A stretch of DNA of 64,000 nt, from assembly GCA_030704615.1 (NCBI GenBank), contig CM060732.1, positions 53,878,001 through 53,942,000 on the forward strand, written 5' to 3'. The translations under genes and the position numbers were made by a program. The stretch's first letter is position 1. Each line of letters begins with the position of its first letter. The notes under the pieces are model-generated. The model was not told the origin of the DNA. It did not search any database and worked only from the letters and a program-made list of their open reading frames with translations. The DNA is from Takakia lepidozioides. Its lineage: Eukaryota > Plantae > Bryophyta. This document shows, one piece after another, positions 12,690 through 25,367 of this stretch.

Positions 12690-13917
12690 TGCTGACTGCG
12701 CTGTTCCCTCCCCCGTACTCGTACCCGGCTGCTCCCTCCCCCCGGCGCTGGTGCGCTGCTCCCTCCCCCGCGTTGATGCTCGTGCTGCTGCAGCAACAGG
12801 AGTGAGAGACGGTACAACGTGGGAAAAAAAAAAAAAAAAAAAAAAAACCCATGTTGCTTACGCTGCTCCCTCCCTCTCATGCGCTGCTTCGGCCTCCCCT
12901 TCATGAAAGTTTTTATGTAGAATTGACATCATGTGTCATCATAACCCTAACTATAATGTAATAAGAATAAAAACGGATGTGAGTAAATATTAGTAAGCTT
13001 TTCAATTTCTCATTCTATTTAGAGTGCACTAATAATAGTACACTCGAAAATAAATATCCAGAAAATCATAAACCCTATATATGATTGTGAAGAGAAATTT
13101 AATAGAATTAAAGGTAACATATTGGAAGCTTCAAAAGGAACAAAACATTTCTATTCATGAAAGTTACAGTGCCTAATCATAGTACAAACCTAGAAACCCT
13201 AAACCCTGATGTAAAAACAAAAAATAGATTTAAATATACACTAGTAAAACCTTCAAAAGATAATTGTCAACACACACTTATTAGCATATTAGTACATTAT
13301 ATCCACCATGTCAATGCCTAAATTTCTGATGCGTAATTTAAAAAAAAAAAAAAAAAAAACCTGCTACCTCGCCCTGCTCTGCTCCCTCCCCTTCACGTTG
13401 GTGCGCTGATCTGATCCCTCCTCCCGCGTTGCTATGTGCTGCTCCCTCCCCGCTGTTGCTGCTTCTGCTGCGCAGCAGGAGGAGGGGTGAGAGACGATAC
13501 AACGCGGGAAAAAAAAAACAAAATAAAAAACCCTGCCGCCTACGCTGCTACCTCCCCCTCCTGCGTTGTTCGGCCTCCCCCACGGGCTGAGGCGCTGCTC
13601 CCTCCCCCGCGCTGATGCTCGCGATGCGAGCAATCCCACAGGTGGAGGTACGAGACCACCAAAGCAGGAAACCAAACCAAAAAAAAAAACTTGCTACCTC
13701 GCCCGCGCTGGTGCGCTGATCTGATCCCTCCTCCAGCGCTGTGTTGCGGCCCCTCCCACACGCACTGGTGCGCTGATCTGACCCCCTCCCGCACTGCCGC
13801 GCTGCTCCCCCCCCCGCGCAAGCTGATCCCTCATCCCGCGCTAAGCTGATCCCTCCTCCCGCGTGCGCTAGGCGCTGCTCCCTCCCTGCGCGCAAAACAG
13901 ATCGCGGTGAGAGACGA

Positions 13918-13960
<43 letters not shown>
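12690..13960. repeat. GC-rich GCTGCTCCCTCCCC modules ending in GTGAGAGACG + poly(A), inside hAT-1
   Basis: Many GCTG(C/A)TCCCTCC motifs. GTGAGAGACG followed by an A-tract at ~12802, ~13487 and ~13907. Confidence 0.75.
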
Positions 13961-13962
<2 letters not shown>

Positions 13963-14849
13963 AGTGCGGGAACCGGATCCGGAACCGCCACTGATCCCCC
14001 GGTTCCAGTTCCAAGCTGGTTCATGGAAAAACCCGCACCCGACAGTTTCGGTTTTTAAAGGCTCGTCCCTGCTCCCTCGGTTCCGAGTTCCGGTTCCAGT
14101 ACTGGTTCCCAAGAACCGGAACCGGAACCGGAAACGCCGATTTCAACCCGCCTGAGCGGGTACCCGCACAACACTGGACTATACCGAAACTATGGGTAGG
14201 TGAAATGATATTTAGGATCTTAGACGCCTCCTCAGGAAGCTTAACTTATGGTGTCTCTTCTTCCCAACGGACTGTTAAGTATTCTAGAAACAGTGTTGTA
14301 CTATTATCAACGTTTGATGAAAACATGCGGGTCCTGGTAGGAAGAATTCCTAATTCCCTACTCTGGCATGTCTCGAATATTAAAAAATTACGGATTGTCG
14401 TACCAGTGAGTATCAATATTGCATGTCTGTAATTTTTTCGACTCGATTATCAAGAGGTATTGACCAGATGTTATATTGCATGTTATCAACAGCGGGTATC
14501 AATAGTTCAGTCAACATAGTGCACACTGTACACATTCGAAACATGTATGCTTCAACATATGCATAATGCAACTACATGTCTTAGAGCACATAGCCATAAT
14601 CATCGTCACTAAGCACATAATTTGTAGATGTACATAGTCTGTAGCTGCTCCTACTGCCAACACAGCTAACTACATATAATTGCAATAATCCATAGCTGCT
14701 CTTGAACTCCATATACTCCAGAAAACCCAACCTGCAAGATAGTAGAATGAAAACAGATGTAGCAAACTAAACAAGAACACAACCACTGACAAAAAAAACT
14801 AAAGTTGATCAACAAGATCATACATACAGAAATGAAAGGTGAGGGCATA

Positions 14850-17818
14850 CCATCATCACCCTCAAACAAGCATGCTTCAGAAATGAGTTCCTCATTCTCG
14901 TCAACAAGTGTATCCTCGGATTCAAAGAAATCAGCCAATTTTCCTACTTCAACTAGCTTAAAATTTGTCCCGACATCACTTGGCCAATTTTTATAGATCA
15001 TGACCAGCTTGTCAAGGTTTTCCACACCAAGACGACAACGTCACAATGAAGTGAGCACATTAGACACTGAGAAAATTATCTCGATTTCTATTTGAGAACC
15101 TGGAATGCCTAAAATCTGCCGAGCAAGATAATCAACATTGGGAAATCGAGTCTCATTTTCATACCACCATTTCAGAGGGTCCAGGGTTTCAACATCCTCA
15201 ACATGGTACCGACGAAACAAAGACAACTCAGACTTCAACAACCCTTCACTTGCTTCCTCATTGGAAGTTGCTGAAGCAAACAAAGAATCACTTGGAGTGG
15301 GATGAACCACCACTGGATTCACAGTTTGAGCACGTTCGGGACTTAAATGGACCAAAACAGTGTTTAGAAGAGGTACCAGAACCCGTCCATCATACTGTTT
15401 CACGAAGTCAGCAGCCGCACCCCTTCAAATGTAATCCATGATACACTGGAATCCTTTGAATCGGGGATCCAGCATTAATGCAAGCATGTTATGTGCTCTG
15501 ACTTGAGAGAAAGTTTCAGCAAAAGTCAGAAAAGGCCGTAACACGTCAGTGACCTGAAAAGCCATGCGAGCATACAATATCTCGATTTCCTGGTCAAAGT
15601 CCCCGCAACGCAATAGAGGCACAACATTAGCTCTCCGTTCAACAATCCTCTTAATCGTGCTCATAATGGCAAGAGCAGAGTGTAGTGCATCTAACAGCAG
15701 CCAATAACCTCTACGTTGGTTAAGTAAACATCAATGTACAACAGGGGTTAGTGTTTCAATCACTGCCCGAGCAATGGCCCATGTGCAGTCAGTGGGCACC
15801 CTAGATCATTGTAGAGCAGTGTCTACCGTGTGTAACAGATGTTGATAGCCTGGGCATACTCCAAAGTCTCTTGGAACAATATAACTTTGGAAGCCAAATG
15901 AGTTTTCACCGGGGTCTTAAGTTTCCGCCGAGGCATGCCTGCCTCTATGCAAGCCTTGTCTCATTCCACCTTTCCCTTCCCTTATTTTTTTGTCTAAGTA
16001 AAGGACAGCTTGTGCATCTTTCAGGCTTACTTCCTTCATGCCCACACCAACCTTGTCTTGGTTTGTGGCATATTGACATGCCTTCGACATAGCATGACCA
16101 AAGTAGGAACCAGGATATGGAGCAGAAAAATTACGTGGCATACATGGAACTACTGATGGAAGGGCAGTAGTGAAGTAGTAGGGTGCCCAAATTGACGCCT
16201 TCATCTTTCACATATGCCACCACTTTGTTTGTCAAGTTGTACTGTGCCAAGAGGGTCTTCACCTGCTGGGCAAAAGCTGTTCCACAAGTGTCGGGTGCCT
16301 CAAACTGCAAGCCAACAGTTATGTGACATGGAATCGATGAAATTGATGAAGGGTTGATGACCACGACAAAAGTATCACATCCAGATCTACTCATCCACAA
16401 ATAAAGGTAAAGGGTAGCAACTTGTGCAATGCAAGGAAGCACATATTGTTCCATAGATTTCTGCAACAGATTAGGAAGACGTTCTTTCACAAGTTGCTTT
16501 CTGGTAGGAAATACCACCTGACCGTGACATTGACACATAACCAGCTGCCTCAACCATGGATTCTCTACTGCAAACAAATGCATGTAGCCCTTTGCAAATC
16601 AAAAACACTAAATCCTCAATGAAATGTATCTGAGCAGGGTTGTCCTTCCTGTAGGGTTTGAGTGACTGCAAACTAGAGTGGACCAAAAACGGCAGATCAT
16701 GAGTACATAAAGAGTACATAAAGGAGGATGTGGCGAATCCTCAACCATCGGATTTGCTTCAACTGACAATCTTGACCGTCTATTATTGATTGTTAAAACC
16801 AAGATTTATGAAAAAAATATATATATTTCAAAAGAAATTAGTCATAAAGGACTTTACGAAAATAGCTATTTTTTAGGCTCAATATAGTACATACATATTT
16901 TTTAAACTTCATATTTTTGAATGATAGTTTTCATTCCAGATTCCTCATTCTCGAAAGCAAGGTTGAGAGAGTCCATTTTCTTGACTTTGTTCTAACTCAT
17001 ATATTAAAAAAGTCCATAACGTCTTTTTTTTTATGGACTGTTACAATTCCTTATGGACTTTTTAAAAGTCCATAGCATCTAGAGATTCTGGTTTTGATAA
17101 TGAGATTTAAAAGTGTGAAAGTATATGTAGATGAGCCTCTATATATTAGTCCATTTTTATTGATGGCATTGTCAAGTAGGAGTATGATAATTTACCACTA
17201 TTTTATGTCTGGAAAAAACAGTGCTGTGATAGCAAAAAATGGACACTGTAGGTTGCAATCACCCGCTTAGCATATCCAAAAAATGAAGTTATGGCAGATG
17301 GAATTACTAATTCTCTCTTCTTCGTTTTCTGTCGTTTGGTGGCTGACGGTTGCTGTAGGAGACATTTTCTATATGTCTTGTACTTCAAAAGTTTAAGCCC
17401 ATGCTCAATAGACACATGTTTTTTCATAGCAGTGATTCCATGATCAGGATTGTAAGATATCAAACCCTTACGGGATTTAGTTGAGCTTTGAGAGCTCTGA
17501 GCAGATCCACTAGAATGACACATGACACACCTCATAAGTTAGGGCTGCTGCACATTTACCTTGGCGCTGGAGTCATTGAGCATATAAAAAGCCCACACCT
17601 CAGATGAACGATGATATGGTACCCAAAATGCAGCATTTGCATCGGGCTGCGCCACACACCTGTCTCCAAATCCCCTCTTCCTCGACAATGTGGTCCTCCA
17701 GAGATGTATCCAATGTTTGTAGTACCTCCTCCGAGGCCACACCTGTTTCATATTCATCAAAGGAAGCATTCAACAAAGTTTCAGTTTCACACGCATCAAA
17801 AGGTTCGAGAGTATCCAT
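14850..17818 (-). pseudogene. hAT-2 transposase relic (same subfamily as hAT-1, diverged)
   Basis: BED finger (VWAFY...RCVMCH...YNPDHGITAMKKHVSIEH), YLWMSRSGCDTF, AYVKDEG, YFGHAMSKACQY, MLDPRFK, PLKWWYENETRFP...GSQIEIEIIFS. Many stops and frameshifts. Confidence 0.9.
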
Positions 17819-17829
17819 CTCACAACACA

Positions 17830-18420
17830 AACCACCACTAGAAGAAAAATGCGGAATTACCACTAGCCCTTTAACCACTATTGTCTTTTCCCACTCAATA
17901 AACCACTAGTAACCACTTGCCAGTGGTTAATCCCGATGAAATGCCACGGGGGCATCACAGACAGTGGTTGGAAGTGGTTTATTCCCACGTGTAATAATTT
18001 GTTTTTATTTTTTATTTTTCTTTTGATAATATATTTTAGTTAATATATATTATATTCCACGTGGATGGGGTGCGCGTGGTAGATTGTGAGTGGTTATAGA
18101 CACCTCAGTGATGGGAAGTGGTTGAAACCACTTGCTACTCCACGTGTATTAATTCAAATTTTATTTGTGATTTATGATTTGAAAATCTATTTTAATTAAT
18201 AAATATAATATTCCACGTAGACGGGGACAGTGCACGTTGATCTTGAATGGTTAAAGACACCTCATTGATTTGTACCACTTTGACAGTGATGGAGAGTGGA
18301 TGGGAAAGACACTGCAGTAATTGGAACCACAATTCTAGTGGTCGCGCATTAGTGGTTGCCTACACAATAGTGATTGGTACCACTTCTGTGGTGATATATG
18401 AAAAACTTTAAGTGGTTTGT
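17830..18420. repeat. ACCAC/GTGGT motif cluster, probable subterminal region of hAT-2
   Basis: More than a dozen ACCACT/AGTGGT-like motifs in both orientations. Degenerate ~155-bp duplication (about 17985-18115 vs 18140-18290). TIR not found. Confidence 0.55.
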
Positions 18421-21019
18421 GTACCTATGACAGATTTGAAAAACAGATAAGTGTTCATACCATTGTACACTACAACACACTTGGGTTTTTTCAACCTGTC
18501 AGTTTGACGATTTTATTATTATTACTGTTGTCATTTTTGTCTGTTCCAACCATTCCATTGTAAAAATAATAATATTAAAAAATTCAACATAGTGCACGAT
18601 AGTAAAATAGTTTCACTATTTCAGGGCCATAATTGCGAGAGACTTTGACTACCTAAATCAATTGACTGACACAACCATTTAAACCATGACACGTGTATCG
18701 GCAACCATTTATTATTTATATATTAATATGGATAAGTAAGTAGTAAAAAGTTTGACTATACTTTCACCTGAATTTTATACCCTTCACATTGTGGTGTATG
18801 GGTTTAGTTAGTACTCCAATGCAAACGGAATAAATCATGAACTTCGGAAATCTGCCCTCGGAAAGACGAAGAGGTTGGCGTCGTACTTTGCAATGTAAAC
18901 CGAATGCAATGCAAGCTTAACATCCTCATATTATGATTGACGGGAGTCAAACTAAGTGTGGCCATATCAGTGCAGGGAATAAATACGAATCATTCAACAT
19001 TGTAAAATAAAAACGGGTACAGCTAGACATGGTACCTTTAAAACTTGTTGCAGAGTGCAAAAGGTTTTAAAAAAATGCAAAAGTTGCTTTATAGGGTTTG
19101 CAAAAAGTTAATTTAAAGAAAAAGTTGCCCCATCCCGGTAGCCGTGAACAGAGGGGCTGGGACTTAGAGCCTGAGCTTGGCTAGGGCGGGAGAGATGAAG
19201 AGAGAGAGGGCTGCGACTTAAAGCGGAACGAGAGGGCGGGAGGGAGGGCAAACATGCATAGGAGGCCCGCAGTTGCACCAACCTTCGCCATCTGAAGCAA
19301 GCGACAAACGCGTAATAGTGGGGTATGTGTGCGAGGAGTGGGGTGTCTGTGAGAGCTCGCCGCTGCGGGGGGGAGAGTCAGCTTGGTCTTAGGTCGAGGA
19401 CAATGTGGTGAGGGCACCTTCTTCTTCGACCTATTTCAGCCTGTTTTGCGCTCTCATCATACTCAGCCCTGAGTTTGCCGCACGGAGCAGAAGCTGGCAT
19501 GGTTTTTAAAGATCCTTCACAATGGGGGACAACCGCAATCACAAGCGCACCCCGTGCCATCGCTGCATGGGAGGCAGCTTCGCACCATCACTACTCTGTT
19601 CCCCCTCTATGTGCTGGCCGAGACTGGGCCCACAGCCGTCTGCTCCCTCCCAATCTTCCCGCCACATCCAGTCGATTCCGAGTGTTCTCTTGGTAGTCAG
19701 AAGCTGGAGGGAAAGCGTGTAGTGTTGACTTGAAGAGTAGGAACGATTGAATTGAAAGTGAGATGAGTAGGAAGGAGGCGCTGGTGGGGGATGCAGAATG
19801 GGGAATGTAGAGCATCTGTAGGGTGGATGTGATTTTGGGTGCTTGGAAGAGGCGAATCAGAGAAACTAGACAAGGAGAGCTTCTGCACCGGGCTCATTTG
19901 GTGAGCCCAGAGGGTTTTCCACATGATAACGTCAGAAGGAAGGCCATGGGTTGGGCCAGTGAAAGAGGCGGTTAAGAGTAGAGCTGCTGGCAACAAGCAG
20001 GTCGAATCAAATGTGGGGTACATTGTTGTGGAACTTGTGCTCAGGTGTGAAAGCCCAGGTTTTAGACGTCAAAAGTGAGTTTGGGCGTCATCGTTACGAA
20101 TATCTAAGGCGTGAGTACGCGGGCTGGAGGTTTATGTCTTAATCGGCACGTACTTGCAGAGATAATCCAGTCTGTACCCATACGGTCGATTGTCTCCTCA
20201 CAGTGTGCCCCGTCATTTCAGCTGTTGAAATCTCTTACATAGATTTTGTCAAGGGACCTTCTTTCCGAGTCTGCAGATTAGTTCTAACTCAACTGGCTTT
20301 TTCTTAAGTACGATGTGTTATCTCCATGTCCTCTAGGACGCCTATTGCCATTGGGTGGACTTGATACGGGAAACATAATGTCTGTGTGAATAAATGCCGG
20401 CCTTTGTGACCTCGTGTCTTTGTTTGTTTCGACCTGAAGCGCTTGCTCCAAAGTAAGGTAGTGTGCATGGGATTTAGTTGAAAGAAAAGCTTGGGGCCTG
20501 TCCCTATTAGAATATGCCTTACACGGGCCATTGCCCTGACAACTCCCGGAGTGTGATCTCTGAATGGTAACAAGGGCCCCTACCGCTTGGTGGCAGCCCC
20601 TACGCCCAATTGGGCAGTCGTATGCTCTGTCTACCATACTTGGCACTGGTGCTCGGGTTGGGCCTGTGTTTTTAAATGTATGGCATGCGACACCATCAAA
20701 ATCTTAGCTCCTATCAACATCAACACTCCTCAGGGATTGTTATTCCTAGGAATGAGTACTTATGCCAAATTCTTAGGGCTTCATGTGTAGTTTTTGGGGT
20801 GAATCCCAGGAATGGACGTGATGGAAACCTTTAAAACTACATGCTCTAGCTTAGGCTGGATTTCATGGCCAATGGCTCCATTCCCGAGACTTGATAAAAG
20901 GGGCGACGCACTTGAAGGTTGCAATGCCAATGGGCTTCTATAGAGTCTCACATCAAAGGGGTTGGATTCTGGTCCGCGACTTATTTGTTTGACAATTTCT
21001 GGGGGTAGCATTTACGAAC

Positions 21020-21328
21020 CCCAGACGTCCATAACGCGACGTCCGCAGAAAAAACCGTTTTTCTTTTTTCTTTTTTGTGTGAGGCCCGGATATCGCAAGT
21101 CGTCGTCGGCGCCGTTCGTAGCTAGGGGATCCCGGGGGGTTTGCGATTCCCCAACGACGCTAATTAGCGACGTTCGGGAGCGACGTCCTCTGCGACTTCT
21201 CGACGTCGCAAAAATGCCACCGGCGCGTCCCGGGGCGTTAGAGTAGAGTATTTTCGTCGCTAATCGCAGCGATTGGAGGTAGCTGGGGCATTGCAACCCC
21301 CCCCCTCCAAAAAAAAAACGTAGTAGTG
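21020..21328. mobile_element. Single end of a CACTA (EnSpm) element
   Basis: Ends in AAAAAAAACGTAGTAGTG (reverse complement CACTACTAC). Dense GCGACG/CGTCGC subterminal repeats, including the palindrome AACGACGCTAATTAGCGACGTT. Opposite end not seen. Confidence 0.7.
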
Positions 21329-23723
21329 AGTGGTGGATAGTGGCAGCATATTGGTTAGACTAGTGGCTAGATAGTGGTGGCTAGTGCAGCAGTAGTGGGC
21401 AGCGTAGTGGGGGCTAGTGATAGAATAGTGTTTGGTGTGACATGTGTTGTGTGGTTTTGGACAACGATGTAGTTGTGTAGCGATATATATGCGCACGACA
21501 AAGAGCTTACAAAGGGGTTGGTGAAGGACTTCACCCCTCCTGGACCAAGCCTACACAGATCCACCTTTCCTAGGCGTAAGGTGGTGATCTCAGATCCATT
21601 CACAAATTGGTTCTTTTTCTTCGCGTCGGTTTCAAAAAACTGAGATATTTTGATCTCATACCTACATGAAAACTCGAACATTTTGAGATAAACAAACATT
21701 GTTTTTTATCAAAAATTCAAATATGATAAATGTAATCAAACTTGTCATACCTGAAGCACCTGAGGAGAGAGAAAAAAGAGACTCATGCAAATGCAAGTGT
21801 AACTTCACCATGAAGGCTATTTCTTCTGCTTCATGCTTTAATCGGACAAACGCAATCGCCCCCCTCCCAAGGGCTTGAAAGTCTCAAGGTAAGTTACCCA
21901 CCCACATGGAACCAGTTGACCTATTTACATCCTTTTTGTTGCTGGATTGGCCATAATGGGTAACATCCAACATATACCTATGATAACTGGTGATGACACT
22001 AATCTTACCCACACATTTGTTCTCCATAAACACCAGTTTGCACTTTGGCAAAGAATGACGCTGTAGCTGCTTGTGCCTCCAATCCATATTATACATCCCA
22101 CCTCCAATCCTTCTACTCTCAAATCAATCAAAAGATCATCGTCATGTACCCCAATCCCAATTTTTCCCATCAAACATGCCCATGAAGAAAAAATTGCACT
22201 AGAGGTGTGATAAGAGTACTGCAAAGCAATACAAGTTATGATTTCCCTTCTTCGTTTTAACAATGAGGAATTGTCCCATTTTCCCACAAGAGTATGGCAT
22301 CTCACATTTTGTGCCGCTCCTCCACTCTAGTGTGTCCTGATGCTGGACAAACCTCAGTTAATCCTTCTGTCAGAAATTTCTTCTCAACGCAAGTCTCAAC
22401 AGAATGGAACATACTTCGCAGCTGCTGCTCCATCACAACACCAGAATCATGTCAAGATGCCACCACCTCATTTACTGCAGTGCTCTGACCATATGGGATC
22501 TGAGCTTGAAACGCTGGCCAGTTTGCTCTTCAGTTAAACTAGCTAATTTCACTCGAGTACAATGCACACCCAAAGGCAATGCACACCCAAAGGCTCACCA
22601 GCCGCTGGCTCTACTTGAACTCCCATTCGCTGCTCTCATTCACCGCAGCGGGCTCTATGGGGGCCCTAACATCACACCACCACCAGCTGGCAGCAGGCTC
22701 TATGGGGGCCCTAACATCACACCACCACCAGCTGCCATCGACATATCCTCCACAGGCGGCGGCGCCCCTACAGTGGAAACACCACACCTCACCAATGCCA
22801 ACAGGAATCTGGACATACCACCATTACTCTCTCTTCTACCTATACCCCCGGAGTCCCACCATTGCGACTGAGGATGTGAGACAAACTCCAGCTAGCGCCA
22901 TTCTATGCTCATTGCTTGAGCTGTGTACAAGACCATGACCATCTATAAGAATGGACAAACAGGATGCCAAGTTTAGATGCTATGGTGCAGAGGCAAAACA
23001 GGCAAAAGCTGTAAAATTGAGCACTGTATGAGGTGGGCATCAAGGGACCCGAGTTACTACAAAGTGCATTAGCAGCCAACGGATATGATAAAAACACAAC
23101 ATCAGCTGATGTGAAGGAGGGCCAAACAAACCAAACATACACCATCACAATGTGACCAGAGAAAGTGATGCATTCAGCATTTTGATATAAATTGCATATG
23201 GAAACAGGAATCACAAGTCACCAACTAATAAACCTTGTGATGAATCCTTGTGCAACTATGATCACTATCACTGAATTCCTCTAACTCAACCAATGCTGTC
23301 CTTCTGATCAATGCTAGATTAGCCAAATTATTCCCTATCTCGTGGAAATGAAATGAAAGGATACACTGATCTTTAATGTCACCTTCCAAAGTACAGGTTA
23401 GACCTCCTCAAAAAAAGCTGTCCAGAGACATCTGTCTCCAGAATTATATGGGAATGGGAATTAGGCACAATATAAGTCATCAAAATGAACGCCATGACAG
23501 ACCACAACATGCACTTTCAGCTTGGTGAGGGGAGATGACAGTCAAAAGGCAAAAAAAAGATGTGGCTCCAGTTAGAAAGCCAAAAATAGCCTCAGAAGCA
23601 ACAAAAGGCACAGTTCAGAACTTGTAAAGAATGTCCAGGCAACGGCAAAAATTAACAATTGTATTTTGGCAGCTTCAAATGCTCCACATGTCTTCATTAT
23701 CCAGGGACAATTGCATCCCTAAA

Positions 23724-25367
23724 TTAGCCGCCGCCACCTGCATAGGCCTTTCCAAAGAAGAGAAGCTGAAGCTGGTCATAGCCAGACAGCACACCAGCTC
23801 CAGCAACAGCACGCAAGATGTTGGCACCAGCACCCTTGAACAAGGACTTTGTACCTTCCTTTGCAATAATCTGCTGGAATGCATCAAGTGAGCTCTTGTA
23901 CTTCACTGCCTCCCCGGAAGTCATCATCATCCTACGTCGCACTGTGTCAATGGGGTATGAGGCCAACCCTGCACCAATGGTGATACCCCATCCAAGCAGG
24001 AAACTGGCAAGGAAATTGCCCTGCAATGAAGAATTTTTTTGGGTGAGAAGAGAGATTGATGTTTTTGTCAAATATTTGAACAATCCCAAGACATCCCTAA
24101 TGCAACATCCCACAATTACTAATAGATAATAAATAGCACATGCTCAGTCTGATGACAATGTAAGACATTCTAAAGAGAAGATCACTCATGCATCAATGCA
24201 AAAGAATCCAGACAACCTGGGATCACATTTGAAGCTCAAGTGTAAGCCAATCTACACACTTGCACACATGGAGAAATTACCTCAAGGGGTCCGACAAGCA
24301 CAACTGGCTTGAGTGAGTCATAAATTCCGAAATAAAGACCACGGTATACAATGATGCCAGCACAGGAGATGGAAAAACCACGATAGAGTCCTGCAATACC
24401 ATCAGATGCAAGAGTCTTCTTGTAGACATCAAGCAGACCATTGAATTGCCGGTCGCCACCACCCTTCTTCGACGATTTTGCGTCATTTGCCAGGCGAGTT
24501 CGGGCATAATCCAGAGAGTACACAAAGAGAAGGGACGAAGCCCCAGCAGCACCACCAGAAGCAAGGTTTCCAGCAAACCACATCCAATAGCCATCCCTAT
24601 CCTTCTTGTAGCCGAAAAGCTTCTTGAAGTAGTCCTTGAACGCGAAGTTCAAAGCCTGCAAACCACACATTCAGTACAAATATAGCATCAGATATATCGG
24701 AGGGACAAAACACTTGATTGCAATCTGGTGCAGCGAGGACATGTTCAGTGTGAAAGATGTGGGGCTCAAAACACAAAACCAGAACCAAGTAGGTGGAATA
24801 CAATCTACACACCAACTGCAGAAAGCCAGGCATTTAGATGAAATGCTTACGAACCTGAGTGGGAAAGTAACGAATAACATTTGCAAGATTTCCACGCCAC
24901 AAAGCCACGACACCCTCATCCCGTATGGTGCGGGCAAAGCATTCGCCAATGCCCTTGTAAGGCTCTGCAAGGCGACCTGATTTCAGCATCTCATCTTGGT
25001 TCTGGATGAGAAGCTTCACTCGCTCGATGGGAGCCGCAGCAGTCTTAGACACAGCTGCAGAGACTCCACCCATAAGAAAGTCGATCATAAACCCTGCGAC
25101 ACCCTTTTCCGCAGGTGCAGGAACGAAGTTCATAGGAGCGAGATTAGAAGGTACGAGGCTCTGGCCTCCTGTCAGGTCGATAGGGCAGAGGGCATTGAAA
25201 CCAGTGGCCTTCGGCATAGAACCCATCCTCGATGGAGCGAAAGAGGAGCCATACACAACCTGCTCCTGGGTGCGATAAATCGCTCGGTGAGGTGCTAACT
25301 TCGACCCCAAATAGGAGTGTCCCGAGAGTTTATGAACCACACTGGGAAACCGTGGTCTCTCCGCCAT
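23724..25367 (-). CDS. AAC: Mitochondrial ADP/ATP carrier, copy B, complete (exons 25367-24855, 24655-24281, 24020-23724; 394 aa)
   Basis: Canonical [37 protein letters not shown] signature and [12 protein letters not shown] junctions in frame. Confidence 0.97.

Larger units (their letters stand above)
2401..14176 (-). mobile_element. hAT DNA transposon (hAT-1) with both ends, defective, containing a nested LTR retrotransposon
   Basis: 12-bp TIR CAGTGTTGTGCG (2401-2412) / CGCACAACACTG (14165-14176). 8-bp TSD GAATATAC (2393-2400) / GACTATAC (14177-14184), 7/8 match. TTCCGG/CCGGAA subterminal repeats at both ends. Internal transposase. Confidence 0.92.

Noticed and set aside
19180-21000. Cluster of short ORFs
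   Set aside because: No recognisable domain, splice pattern or element ends.
21900-22940. Possible L1 remnant and a 45-bp two-copy repeat (22651, 22696)
   Set aside because: Too degenerate to assign, and the duplication alone is unremarkable.
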